Positions 25,581 to 39,690 of a stretch of 64,000 nt of DNA are shown piece by piece. How positions within the stretch are numbered: the first letter of the stretch is position 1; the number at the start of each line of letters is the position of its first letter. The notes beneath the pieces were generated by a model. That model saw only the letters and a program-made list of their open reading frames with translations. It did not search any database and was not told where the DNA came from. Both the position numbers and the translations under genes were made by a program. Source of the stretch: Octopus bimaculoides (taxonomy: Eukaryota); the NCBI RefSeq assembly GCF_001194135.2, contig NC_068997.1, positions 54,495,884-54,559,883 of the forward strand. The letters are read 5' to 3'.

Positions 25581-27466
25581 ACTGGTCCACGCGCCTTCAC
25601 CCTTTCTGTATTATTGATATTGATCAATATCAGTTAGAAATATATATTTATTCAGTTAATTTATTGAGCACTAAAGCATTCTTTGTTGTATCATGTCACG
25701 AGTTTGGGTATGAGCACTCACTCTTTTAACCTACTCATTCTCTAAGCCATAGACACGTCTAGGATAATACGATTAGATGTAAGTTTACGTTTCGTTATAT
25801 CCTGCATCGAAGACTACTGGAATATATTTTCATTTATTCTAGGTATATTTTAAATTGTTTAGATATCTATGAAATCAAATGAAATTTTCTCGTGTATACC
25901 AAATCTAATTCTCTTCCATTTGACCCAAACGTTATTCAATTTAGAGAGAAATCATTTCAAAGAGAAAGAGACAAATATACAGATATTGAATATTTACAAC
26001 AACCAACAGTTGAAAATATTATTTTATGCTGGTCAGCTTCATTTTATGCCAGTCAACCTTTGACTTTTTTGTCTTTTTTTATTGAATTTTCTTGTTGTGC
26101 ATTTATTTTACCACTAAACTAATCATAAAACGAAAATTATGAATGCCAATAGCAGAACTTTCAGATGTGGGTGGAAAATTCAGTTGTTGCAATAAAATAA
26201 ATAAAAATTCCTGCTTCCTATTTAGATATTGTATTGCAAAATTAACAAAGAACACATGTTTTCGCTTCTGCTACCAAAATCATTTTAAGTGGAATAAGTA
26301 AGTCAGTAGACATACACTTCAAATCGTAGAACGGCAAAACAATCGATTATCTTCACGAAAATAACTTCAATATTTTCGCTGTAACAACTTTGCAACTGTG
26401 CTGGAAATATCCAGTGAGAACTAGATTCAGTCAAGTTTTGCAACGATACAGAACTACTGTCATATACTTGTCATAATAACCATTCCGAAAGTAAGAATGG
26501 CAAACTTTCAGAAATTCAACCCGTGTTCAATATTAAAGAATTTTCAAGAAAGTTGGATTGGCAGAATCGCTAGAGCATCGTATAGAAAGTGTTTGTTACG
26601 ACTCATATTCACCCAGAGTAAACTTTTCTTTTCATTCTTCCAGCAGCGACAAAATAAAGTACCAGTCAAGTACTAGGGTCGATATACGGAACTGTTCCCA
26701 TTCTTCTAAACTTTATGAGATGTTCCAGCTTTAGGAATTAAGGGAAATTGATTTGCAAAACCATCAAAGTACGAGACGAATTGCTTTGCGCAATTTGTTT
26801 CGATATTTTGTGTTCTGAGTTCAAAACCCACCGCGGTAAACTTTGCCTTTTATCCTTCAGAAGTCTTCCACTGGAATCGTTTTAATTGGCAAACCCATTT
26901 CCCCAAGGTTCCACGATTCCATACTCTCTACATGTGTAAGAAAAGTGTAACAGAATTTCCAAAATTCAAAGATAATCAAAACAACACAGACTTGTCTACA
27001 ATATCTGCTTACACAAGTTCTAATTTGTTCCAGAAAATTTTAATAAAACGATATAATCGCCTTAATATTTCAATCTGATGAAAAATTGGTTTAAAAACAT
27101 TAATTTATTTCACAGATTCCATAAATCCTCTGAGTTACAGAAAGATTTTAAGATCTCGACTGAAAAACTTTCTCTAAATTTCCTATCACTGATCGGTGTC
27201 TTCTACCTTGGAAATAAATCTTCTAAAACTAATAAAACAATGTTCAGATATAAAACCAAGAAGGAGAAGAAAAAAAACGTTCATAAACATGAAAGATACA
27301 GTGATACTATTACTGGATTCTGAGTCCGTTTGACTAATCATGCAACTTCTCCAACCATCTTTCATCTATTCGGTCAATGCTCATAGAAAAGAACTGTCTA
27401 GATTGGTATTTATAACCAGTTGTGCATCTGCATATAGGTATATGTATGTGTGTGTGTGAGCGTGTG

Positions 27467-27524
<58 letters not shown>

Positions 27525-27637
27525 TATCTGTATGTACGTATATATGCATGTACATATGTATTTATAGTTATGTACGTATATATATATATATATATATAAA
27601 CGTATCAATCTAAATAAGTGTATTTTTAAGTCGTGTG

Positions 27638-27682
<45 letters not shown>

Positions 27683-27786
27683 NNNNNNNNNNNNNNNNNN
27701 NNNNNNNNNNNNNNNNNNNNNNNNNNNNNNNNNNNNNNNNNNNNNNNNNNNNNNNNNNNNNNNNNNNNNNNNNNNNNNNNNNNNNN

Positions 27787-27832
<46 letters not shown>

Positions 27833-28006
27833 GACAGACAAATAGACAGACAGACAAATAGACAGACAGACAAATAGATAGATAGATACACATACATAGT
27901 CACACACACGTACGCGTGCGCACACATACATTTACCAATCACTTGAAGAGGATTAGTCATACGACGACTGTACCTCACTTTTAACACCATTCTATCGTTT
28001 TTATAA

Positions 28007-28084
<78 letters not shown>

Positions 28085-28776
28085 TAATAATCCGCTGACA
28101 TTTATTCAAAAAAAGACTTGCAGTAATAATTAGTCCTTCCTGTGACACTATGTTTCCGAGTGATACTGAATCCGTTTGAGACGAATACTGATTACATTAA
28201 TGGACAAAGAGCGATCATTTTTCTTTCGTTCTCGACAAGCCAACACTGGAAAGGAAAGAATTATAAATTGGTCGCAGACATTTACATTTAAAGTGTCATC
28301 AATAAATGTAAAGATACCAAATTTCACAGGATCGAATCTCAATGCAAAACTATGGAACTTCATCCACTATTTTAGTACTCTGACCTTGTAGGATAGTGGG
28401 TAGGGGGTGCGTCCACGCATGTATATGTGTGTACTTGTGTAAGTATACGTATGTATGTGTGTGTACTTGTGTAAGTATACGTATGTATGTGTGTGTATCC
28501 TTCCGAGGTCGATCACATAGAGTATCAATAAATAGAAAGAGTCCATCCGTATAAGTCGGGCTTTTTCAATTTTCCATTATTTTCCTCATTGGTACGGGGT
28601 TTTAGAATTTTTATTCATTTGCCCGCTTACACGTTTGTGTTTCACTGAACATTTGTGGTTTAGTCATTTTGACTGATATATTTAGCATGTCCGTACTGCT
28701 TGTTATTACCCTTAAATTATTAATTGATAATTTTTTACGCATACTAAGCCACTGATATTATAAGCAATAGCATCCT

Positions 28777-28816
<40 letters not shown>

Positions 28817-29165
28817 NNNNNNNNNNNNNNNNNNNNNNNNNNNNNNNNNNNNNNNNNNNNNNNNNNNNNNNNNNNNNNNNNNNNNNNNNNNNNNNNNNNN
28901 NNNNNNNNNNNNNNNNNNNNNNNNNNNNNNNNNNNNNNNNNNNNNNNNNNNNNNNNNNNNNNNNNNNNNNNNNNNNNNNNNNNNNNNNNNNNNNNNNNNN
29001 NNNNNNNNNNNNNNNNNNNNNNNNNNNNNNNNNNNNNNNNNNNNNNNNNNNNNNNNNNNNNNNNNNNNNNNNNNNNNNNNNNNNNNNNNNNNNNNNNNNN
29101 NNNNNNNNNNNNNNNNNNNNNNNNNNNNNNNNNNNNNNNNNNNNNNNNNNNNNNNNNNNNNNNNC

Positions 29166-29198
<33 letters not shown>

Positions 29199-31249
29199 TG
29201 TGTGTGTGTGTGTATGTGCGTGTGTGTAATGTGAGATACAGACATACAAACATGATTATTTACATTATATATACACATACAATTGTGCATGTATGCATGC
29301 AAACACTTAGAAACACAAGCACGCGCACACACACGCACTCACGCACACTCACACGTACACGCACACACAGACACACACACACCCACACCCACACACAAAG
29401 TCTAATGAAGGACGCAGGTGATACAGATGAACCTTCAAACCAATTAGAAGTAGATCTGGGTTTAATGTAATAATTTCCTTAATTAATTTTACTGCATGAC
29501 TTTCGTTACAAGCGTGAAATGATCCCGTTCATATAATAATAGAAAGATGCGAAAGAAACGATTTAGTGGAGTAGAGGCGATAACTGGACATTGGTGATAA
29601 GTGGACAGAGGCGATAACTGGACATTTGCGATAAGTAGACATGAGGCTGTATTCTATTTGTATCGCACTATGTGTCTCCTTAATATACATACATNNNNNN
29701 NNNNNNNNNNNNNNNNNNNNNNNNNNNNNNNNNNNNNNNNNNNNNNNNNNNNNNNNNNNNNNNNNNNNNNNNNNNNNNNNNNNNNNNNNNNNNNNNNNNN
29801 NNNNNNNNNNNNNNNNNNNNNNNNNNNNNNNNNNNNAAATATATATATATATATACACAGTGGGGAGGGGAAAGAGAGATTGTATTGTCTTAAACATTTG
29901 CGCTCACGTGCGTCACGTGTCTGCGACTGCGCACGAACAATTCATTAACTGCTAGAAAATTGCACGTTTTTCTAAACTTAAGATTAATCAGCATTCGAAA
30001 TTGAAAAAAAATATGATTTAAAATTTTAATTTCCAAACAAAGAAAATACGAGAGAAATAAAACAAAAATCCTCAACTAAGAATAAAGGTTAAAAATATTC
30101 ACAATAACCGAGAATGATACCAAATAGGGGATTCGATGCGATGTTTATTTAGCGAAGCTCAATTAGAAAAAGAAATGAAGTGTTTGCATATGATTGTCCA
30201 AAGTTTCGTGATTAAAATAATAACTTTTTGTTTTGGCTGTGTGTCTAAAAGATAATTAAAGTTAATTGTTACTCTGCTGTAAAATCTTAATCTTAATGCT
30301 GGAAACAGAATAAAAAAACTAGATATGAGTAATGTCCGGTCGGTAATTTCAATGACTGTAGGACGTTTGGTTGGTGTAGGAAAAAGCAAATGTAACAAGT
30401 ACAGACGTTTAGGGAAACAATCAAAGACAATAGAGGGAATGTAAAAGAATAATATATTAAGTGCGCGTACATACAACCGCAAACACACACACACACAAAC
30501 GTAGGCATATGTATGTGTGTGAGTGTGTGGGGATGTATGCGTGTGTGTGCACGTGTGTATGTATGTGTATGTCCGAAATGGTCATGACCTCTGGTACTTG
30601 ACAGAAGAAACAAAGTCAAGAATGACCCGTCTTTCTTTGCCTGTCCTTCTAATTGTTGTTTCTCTTGTCCGCCTTTGTGTCGTCTACCTATCCGAACCTT
30701 TTAATTCCTTCTATTGCGTTTTTGCTCCATATATATATATATATATATATAGTTCACATTTACGGAACAACAGAAGACAAAGACAAGTGTAATAGTTTGA
30801 CATTCGGGAAAAATAAAAAAAAGGTTGTGATGTCACTTCAGTGTAGCTGTTGCTACGGTTTATGAGTTTTACTGTATTTGTGGTGTTCGACTCCTCCAGC
30901 TGACGTTTCAACTTTTCCCGTCTTCTATCTTAGAAGTAATTACTTTCTTAATATATTTAGTTAAATTAATAATAAGCTATTCTGATAACCATCTACCGAA
31001 ATAGTGTCGGTTAATCCTCTCGTATATCTAAGTAGATGCCCTATATAAAGACAGAATTTAAGCTTAAATTTAATTTTCGACTTTATTTTCTATTTGTTGT
31101 GAGAAACTTTATTAAATAACGGCTTTATTTCCAAATCCACTGATTTTTAACACTATTAAGGAGTTCCGCTACTCTTTTCTTTTCCTTTCCATGAATTGTT
31201 TGGTATTCCTATATAACAAATACTATAATAAACGTTCTCATTATTAGCA

Positions 31250-31286
31250 CTGATGAGGTTCTCACGAGAACCGAAACAAGCTTGCA
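31250..31286 (+). ncRNA. Minimal type-I hammerhead ribozyme relic (Penelope/retrozyme type), probably inactive
   Basis: CTGATGA-GGTTCT-cacg-AGAACC-GAAAC-AAGCTT-GCA: exact core boxes and a perfect stem II; NUH is mutated (GCA) and no stem I was found. Confidence 0.55.
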
Positions 31287-31651
31287 AATTTTAAACTTCA
31301 ACACTGTGTGAGAGTGTATGTATGTATTTCTGTACGTTCCTGCGTGTGCATACACGTCGGTATGTGTATGAGTGTGGTTGGGTGTGTATATGTAAGAGTG
31401 CACGCATGTATGTATATATATGTTTTTATGCAAGTATGTATACATCTATATACATACATGTATAAATTACTTCATATATATGTAAATTGTAACAGTATAT
31501 ACTTTGATGCGACTCAATCACTTGTAGATTTGTTTTCTACAGTTCAATAAGAAAATTAGGTCATATTCCGGTATATAGGTCAGTGTACCTGCCTGCCTGT
31601 GTATACCAGTCAGTGTGCAAGTGTATGTATGTATGTATATAATTAATACCA

Positions 31652-31686
<35 letters not shown>

Positions 31687-31922
31687 NNNNNNNNNNNNNN
31701 NNNNNNNNNNNNNNNNNNNNNNNNNNNNNNNNNNNNNNNNNNNNNNNNNNNNNNNNNNNNNNNNNNNNNNNNNNNNNNNNNNNNNNNNNNNNNNNNNNNN
31801 NNNNNNNNNNNNNNNNNNNNNNNNNNNNNNNNNNNNNNNNNNNNNNNNNNNNNNNNNNNNNNNNNNNNNNNNNNNNNNNNNNNNNNNNNNNNNNNNNNNN
31901 NNNNNNNNNNNNNNNNNNNNNN

Positions 31923-31985
<63 letters not shown>

Positions 31986-32237
31986 CATAAAGAGCAGGAG
32001 TAAAAGAGAAGTGGGAGTAAAGAGAAAAAGCTGACATAAGATTTTCAAGAAAAATAACATGGAACCGGAATGTATGTAAGGACAGGAGGGACATTGGGAA
32101 ATAGATAAATTTCTATAGCAATGTGTAGAACAGGCATTTGTTCATCTAAATTCTGTGTCGAATCCAAGGACTTCACGGTTGACAGGACCGTGGTGGAATT
32201 GGAAATGAATTTTTATAATCTCTCTTCTTCTTCTTCT

Positions 32238-32273
<36 letters not shown>

Positions 32274-32514
32274 CACTACCACTGGTACTACTGTTGTTAT
32301 TATTATTATTATTACTAGAGATTATGATTAATATTGTTCTTTCTATTCGTTTTTTTCGTCTTTCTTTTTGTATTCCTTGTACATGGCAAATTGCAAATCT
32401 TACCATTGAGTGGAGCATCACAGAAAATGCGCAAAATTTTAGTTTTCTCATTTATAATCTTGCCATCATTATTCACGTCGCACAAGCATAGTTTCCAAAC
32501 TCCTTCCTCTTTTC

Positions 32515-32555
<41 letters not shown>

Positions 32556-32565
32556 NNNNNNNNNN

Positions 32566-32610
<45 letters not shown>

Positions 32611-32701
32611 CTGTCAGTTTATCTTTCTATCTAAGTATCTATTTATCTCTCTTTCTATCAACATATATACATATACATAATATATGTATTGCTCTTTTCC
32701 C

Positions 32702-32749
<48 letters not shown>

Positions 32750-33193
32750 ATTTATGTATTAGTCTCTATATTTCCGTTTCTTTGTCTTCTTGTCCCATTC
32801 TCTTTTTTTCTATATCTCCCTCTGTCTATCTTTCTATTTCTCTAATTCTCTCTATGTCTTCTCTCCGTCGTTCTCTCTCTCTCTCATTCTCCTGCCCGTT
32901 TCTCATTCATAAAAGTTATATTTAAATATGTGGTGGAGTATGTATGTAAGCATATATATATATATAAATATATATATAGGGAGAGAGAATGAAAAAGAGA
33001 GAGAGAAAGACATATGTGAGTGTGTGTGTGTGTGTGTATGTGTAAACATGTACTTGTGCATATACAAAAATATGTGTCTACTCTGCTGACTTTTTCAGAC
33101 TGTTTCAGAAAATGAATACCAAAGAAGCATTTTATGGTTCCATGCGCCTTCACGTGCTACATTTACATACACATGTGTGTGTGTATGTGTGTT

Positions 33194-33224
<31 letters not shown>

Positions 33225-33278
33225 NNNNNNNNNNNNNNNNNNNNNNNNNNNNNNTACACAGACATCTGTGTGTGTGTG

Positions 33279-33313
<35 letters not shown>

Positions 33314-34054
33314 AGCATATTTATCTCCATATTTCAAAAGATATTTTTCAGAACTTCCAACAACCTACACACAAAAACAAATTTGTCCAACTAAGACCAT
33401 TTGAAATTTATTGAAATTTATTTAAAAACGTCAAATTCTAGTTGTCTTATTCTAATTCTCCATAAATCTTCGCCTTGACAACGGTCTTTTGTCCGAAATG
33501 TTTACTGAATATGATGTGATACGAGCCCGGATCATAACAATCCGTAACTACACAAAGCATTTCGTCTGTCACTCTACTGCTTGCCATTTTCCACACAATC
33601 CATACCTAATGCGTTCATAATGGTTATGATTTTGCTTAATTGCCATAATTCTTTGTTTTTTGTCGACCCATTACAGAGTAATTCTTCATTTTAGTTGTAA
33701 CCATTTTATGGAAATTCATCAAGATGATGACCAATTTCGTCAAGACTCCCCGACGGAACGTTTAATTGAAACAATCAAGCTACTCATCAGTTAATTGTGG
33801 ATAGTGTAGCTATTTTGTGGTAACACCGTAGTTCTTGTTACAGACAGTCTGAATTCGAGAATGCATTCCAAATTTATGGTAAAAGAAAGTTGCCCAGGTG
33901 CTACGTTTTGTTACCAAACTCAGAACAATGTGGTTGGGAAGCGAACTTTTCAACCACGCAGCCAGAACTGCTTTCGCAACCAAAATGGTTCTTATAAATA
34001 TAATGGCCTATTTAATAAAAATAGAAATAAATGTTTCCTTCTGGAGCTATGTCA

Positions 34055-34278
34055 GGCTCATGAGGGCCGGTTTCCTGGTTTTAATGGTGTACATGTCCCC
34101 CACCCCTGGATTGGACGCCGATCCATCACACGATCACTCATTTTTGTCAGCTGAGTGGACTGGAGCAACATGAAGTGATTTACTCAAGAACACAACACGT
34201 TGCCCGGTCCAGGAATCGAAACCACAATCTTACAATCATGAGTTCAACACCCTAACCACTAAGCCCGATGCCTTCACA
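34055..34278 (-). mobile_element. CORE-like SINE
   Basis: cagctgagtggactggagcaac..ctcaagaacacaacacgttgcccggtccaggaatcgaaacc..ccctaaccactaagc. Confidence 0.85.
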
Positions 34279-36432
34279 ATTGTCTAATTGCTATAATCGA
34301 TATCTTGTCTTTTACTACACATACGTTTGCATTGTACATTGAAATTCTAGAGACTTTTGATTTTTAGATACCCGTGTATATGAAGCCTGGTTGTCATATC
34401 ATTTCTCATCGTTCCGTAAGTTTTACTTCCCAAACATACACCGTTGGGACATCTGCACAACGTAATAATGTGTTCTCTTCTATTGATTTCTGGTCAGTTT
34501 ACTACAGCTCGCCATCAAATGCCCTACGCTCTCACTACACAGTCTACACGTGTAAGCTTGTCAACTACTGTTGTCACCGATTACAACATAGTTCTTTTAA
34601 CAGATATTCTGGTCAATCTTTCCAATCAGTTCTTTTTAAGACACCTTAATAATATTTTCCTCAGAACAGAAGCGTAGTGTTATGACTATTCATGGAGCTT
34701 CTCGCATTGGTAGGAAGGCGGAGCAAAGTAGAGTCAAACCTGAGATCAGATCAAACTAGAATGCATGCAACAAAGTAATCTTTGCAAAAGTAACCCAAAG
34801 TTTTATGTGGAAGTGATAATTCGGGAGAGGGATGAAGTCACCAACCTCACCGATGTCGTCTTTGTTTTTCATCCTTTCGGAATTGATAAAATAAGTGCTT
34901 ATCAAGTAGTAAGGTATTGTGTCTGATTCTCTAACATTTCCACCACTCTTGACTGGTACCTTAATTTATCAACTTCGGAAATGGGCTGAGGTGTCTGGAA
35001 CAAATGATAAAAATGATGAGGCATACATCAATTGGATTTCAAAATTTGGAGCTGTGAGAGACACCAAACGAAACAACAACAGTAACAACAATACGCTAAG
35101 AACTCCATATTACATCACGGAACAAACGTACACAATCCCCTCATCACAAATCTTACCAAACATGGTCCTTAACAAATCAATATAAAAACTTCATAATCGC
35201 ATTTCTTTTTCACTGGAAATTGTTTTACCTTGTTAACTCTTCTCGGTGTTTTATTTAATCTAACATGCCCCACCACCACTACCACCACCACCGCTCTCAA
35301 TAAATCCAAGCAACAGAATCTTATAGATATACGCTGTATCATTATTAAAATAATGTCTCTGCGTTACTTCAATCGCTTCCACATTTTCTCAATACACTAT
35401 TTTGTTATACACACCGACATTCAACTGTCAAACGCAACCAACTGCTTACTATATACATGCTTCTGTACATGTTAGTCTCCATGTTTATTCCTGTCATTGT
35501 AGCAATGAATTTGCAAAATTTATATTTTCTCAGTCAAATAATCCGGGATAGAATTCCAAAGTTGCTCTGACATCTAAAAGTCTTTGAAATGCCTCACGGT
35601 GTTAGGGAGTTGGCTATTAAGCCCAACATTATCCGTACTAAACACGTCAAATGATCCATCTTTTTTTTTACTTGTGTTAAGCGTCACAGTTCCATATTTT
35701 TGTTGGCTTCTTAGTTCGTTTGCTTTTGTTTAGTTTTTCGGTATATTTTAATTATGTATATTTTACCATCTTCCTTCCGAAATCAAACTGCAGCGGTTGG
35801 TTTTAGCTGGCACTCTTCTAGTTTTCTCATTACAACACCGAAGTTTGAAATATGTGAGTTGAAGTCACTCCATTTTCGGTTGCCAACTACAGAATTAAAA
35901 TGTTTATCTCGTGGGAAATCAATTACTGCTCACTTCGCTTCAATGAAATACGTGTTGTGATGATGCAACGAGGTTTTCTAGCTTCTAGCGACTGGTACAG
36001 AGGTAGAGCGGTGGAGACTTCATATCTCTGCACTCCATTCACTCCAAATATGTTTTCTGGTGTGTAGGTGTGCATGCCTATATATATATATANNNNNNNN
36101 NNNNNNNNNNNNNNNNNNNNNNNNNNNNNNNNNNNNNNNNNNNNNNNNNNNNNNNNNNNNNNNNNNNNNNNNNNNNNNNNNNNNNNNNNNNNNNNNNNNN
36201 NNNNNNNNNNNNNNNNNNNNNNNNNNNNNNNNNNNNNNNNNNNNNNNNNNNNNNNNNNNNNNNNNNNNNNNNNNNNNNNNNNNNNNNNNNNNNNNNNNNN
36301 NNNNNNNNNNNNNNNNNNNNNNNNNNNNNNNNNNNNNNNNNNNNNNNNNNNNNNNNNNNNNNNNNNNNNNNNNNNNNNNNNNNNNNNNNNNNNNNNNNNN
36401 NNNNNNNNNNNNNNNNNNNNNNNNNNNNNNNN

Positions 36433-36471
<39 letters not shown>

Positions 36472-36558
36472 ATATATACATATATATGTTTGTGTGTATA
36501 TATATGTATAAATTTTTATATGCATGTGTATTGTGTGTGTATATAGGAACATCTATCA

Positions 36559-36608
<50 letters not shown>

Positions 36609-38470
36609 ATGCACATACGCATATGCTTCCATATATATGCGTATGTGTGTAGATATGTGTACATATATTTGTGTATATGGGAACGAGTGAGTTGTGTCTA
36701 TGTGCAGCTGCATATATATCCTCACACTCTTGTAAGAAACGTACATGCTTGCTTATATATGTGCGTGTGTATATTATATTATGCAAGTGTGTGTGCATGC
36801 GCGTGTGTGTACGCGTGTGTGTATGTGTGCGTAGTACTTCCTTTGAAGTTCAGTAACAGGCTTTCAAATCTTTAGTTTTGTTTTCTATATTTTGTATATT
36901 ATTTGATATTTCCATTTATTGATCGTTCTTAGAAAAGTTGAGTTTGTCTTATAATCATTTTTCCCCTTTACTCAGAATCCTTGCATGTGACTGGATGCAC
37001 CAGCATCTCCTCGTAGAGATCTCAATCTATATTTATTCGTCTAAACGTTATTTTGTATCAAACGACGGCGAAGCAATTCTGTTTTTTGCGTTGTTTTTCT
37101 CTGACTTCTGATTCCTTGTATAGCCACGAGGCCACATGGAGAATATGTAACTCATACTGAAGAATCAATATCGGTATTTGATTCACAACATAGGTCCGAA
37201 AATGTCAACAAAATATCAGTTACCTTCGGGGGTAACCGTTTTCTGGCCAAAATACTGGAATATGTAGAAATAATTGATTGAAGTTACACAGATGTCGAGA
37301 CCATATTCACCCATGCTACGAAGGAATACAAGTTGAATTTTTATGTCAATGGTTCTGTAAAATAGAAGAATAACAGAATCGACATAACGATCCAAAGATG
37401 GAATGCTGCATCTTTGTGAGGAAGCAGTTCCTGTTTTGCAGGAAGACTTGAAATGATTGGAAATAGAAAAGAACATAAGATTCCGACACACATACAGCCA
37501 TGCATTCATACATACATACATACATACATACACACATACAAACATACATACATACATACATACACACATGATAGCTGCAATTCGGTTTTTGAGTAATGCC
37601 ATCGCTTCATTGTCCATTTGAACATGAGAATCACGGATGTGACTTCAGTTCTGCTACATACAAACATCCATCCATCCATCCATCCATACATTCGTACATA
37701 CAAACATACATAGCAACAGAAAGGACGGCGTGATAAACGTATCTATATTGGCCCCTAAACAAATAAAACTTCCCATCTTAATCGATATCCTACCAACACA
37801 TCATTTTACAAACAGATACATTATAAGTTAATAGCGTTGCTGTTACTGTTGTCGTTGTTCTTCTTCTTATGACTACAAATAGCCTCATTTTGCTTATGGC
37901 TATAACGCTTAGTTATGTCTTCACGTAGAAGCAGTCGTATGATTTATGAATGATACTTGTAGTAGATATGCCCAAAAGAGAGTTTCCATAAATAATGTAT
38001 GAAAGAGACTTCGTATATCTTTTGTGTCGAGTTCGGAAATGTATTTTGCCTGTTCCACTCAGTGTATTGCATTCCCCCTTGTTGGGCCGGCGGAATATTT
38101 CATTGAGTGCGATGACATTTTGGTATAAGCTGCCTTTGTCTGAGGTAAGAATAAATTATATCAGAGCCACAATATAATTCGATGCGAAACCATCACCGGC
38201 TTCTAGTGTCAAAAGTCCCTTGAAAGTCACGTACACACAGGCACAAGCATATAAGCAAACACAAGCGCTCCATCACAATCACGTGCATAGACACACAACA
38301 ACAAACATACTCTGGTCAACATAAGCGTGCCATTGACTAGTTTTATTGTTCAAGCAGAAGATTGGTTCAATGAATCGATGAAATGCAGCATATTATTAGG
38401 AAGAGAGAAAGGCTTTCGGGAACGCATGCGTGTATCTGTGTGTGTNNNNNNNNNNNNNNNNNNNNNAGTG

Positions 38471-38508
<38 letters not shown>

Positions 38509-39260
38509 CACTTATAAACACATATATGCGCATATATATACATATATAAACGCATATATAGATATACATATACACACAGATATATATATACATACATGCA
38601 TACATACATACATACCCCCAAACGCAGGCACATACACATACATCGCTTTCTTTGTTTCCCTCTCACTTCCACTTCGTCTCTTCATATGTAGATGTGCACG
38701 CGTCTGTCTCTCTCTCTCTATATATATATATTTATATATATATATACATATATTTATGCATGTTTCTATGTATATATGTATGTATGTATACTTGCATATT
38801 TATATGCATTTCCAGCGCCTCTTTATAAATTTAGGCATACATACAAATATACATACTTACGCACGTACAGACGTATATAGCTGCAAACAAGCATATATTT
38901 CTACACACGAATATATACAGAAACATATACCTAACGATGTCTGAAGCACACGAAGTCCAATATACACATACACTGGTGATATTCTTTAGGTACACGTGAC
39001 CGTTGACCTTTAACGACTATGTGCGGGTGTTGAACTGTGTACACATACATATACACATATATACACTACATACAGACATATATTCATGTGTGTGTGTAGT
39101 GAAGTAAGAATGGAATAAATCCCTTACAATGCAAGGCTTGTCCACAGATATTGGCAACTTGATGATAATGAGAACACATTTCACCAATGTACGACAGGTG
39201 TAAAAATCTGTCGAAACAATATTAAGTAAAGGACGTCGTTCATTCCATTTTCTGCCATTT

Positions 39261-39309
<49 letters not shown>

Positions 39310-39477
39310 TGAGTGTGTGTGTGTGTGTATATATATAATCTTCAGCTGCACAAGAATATATTCTTGTGCAGCTGAAGATTGCTCTGCATTTTGCATTTAA
39401 TGTAATGCTCGCATTACTTAAATAGGCCACTTCACTGAGAAGATAGTAGATAGTTACGGAGATGTAAACAACCAAAC

Positions 39478-39690
39478 ACCGGTTGTCAAGTGGTAAATTG
39501 TGACAAACATAAACAGAAAGACACACACATATATATACGACGGGCTTCTTTCGGTTTCCGGCCACCAAATTCACTCACAAGGCTTTGGTCGGCCCCTGAC
39601 AATAGGAGAGGACACATGCCCATAGTGCCACATGTGGCACTGAACCCATAACCATGTGGTTGGGAAGCAAGCTTCTTGCCACACATTCAC
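39478..39690 (-). mobile_element. SINE family B, 5' part (CpG retained)
   Basis: tacgacgggcttctttcggtttccggccaccaaattcactcacaaggctttggtcggccc..accatgtggttgggaagcaagcttcttgccacac. Confidence 0.85.

Noticed and set aside
28410-28500. 32-bp duplicated unit, and a 34-bp duplicated unit at 29575-29645
   Set aside because: Only two copies each and no spacers; ordinary slippage duplications.
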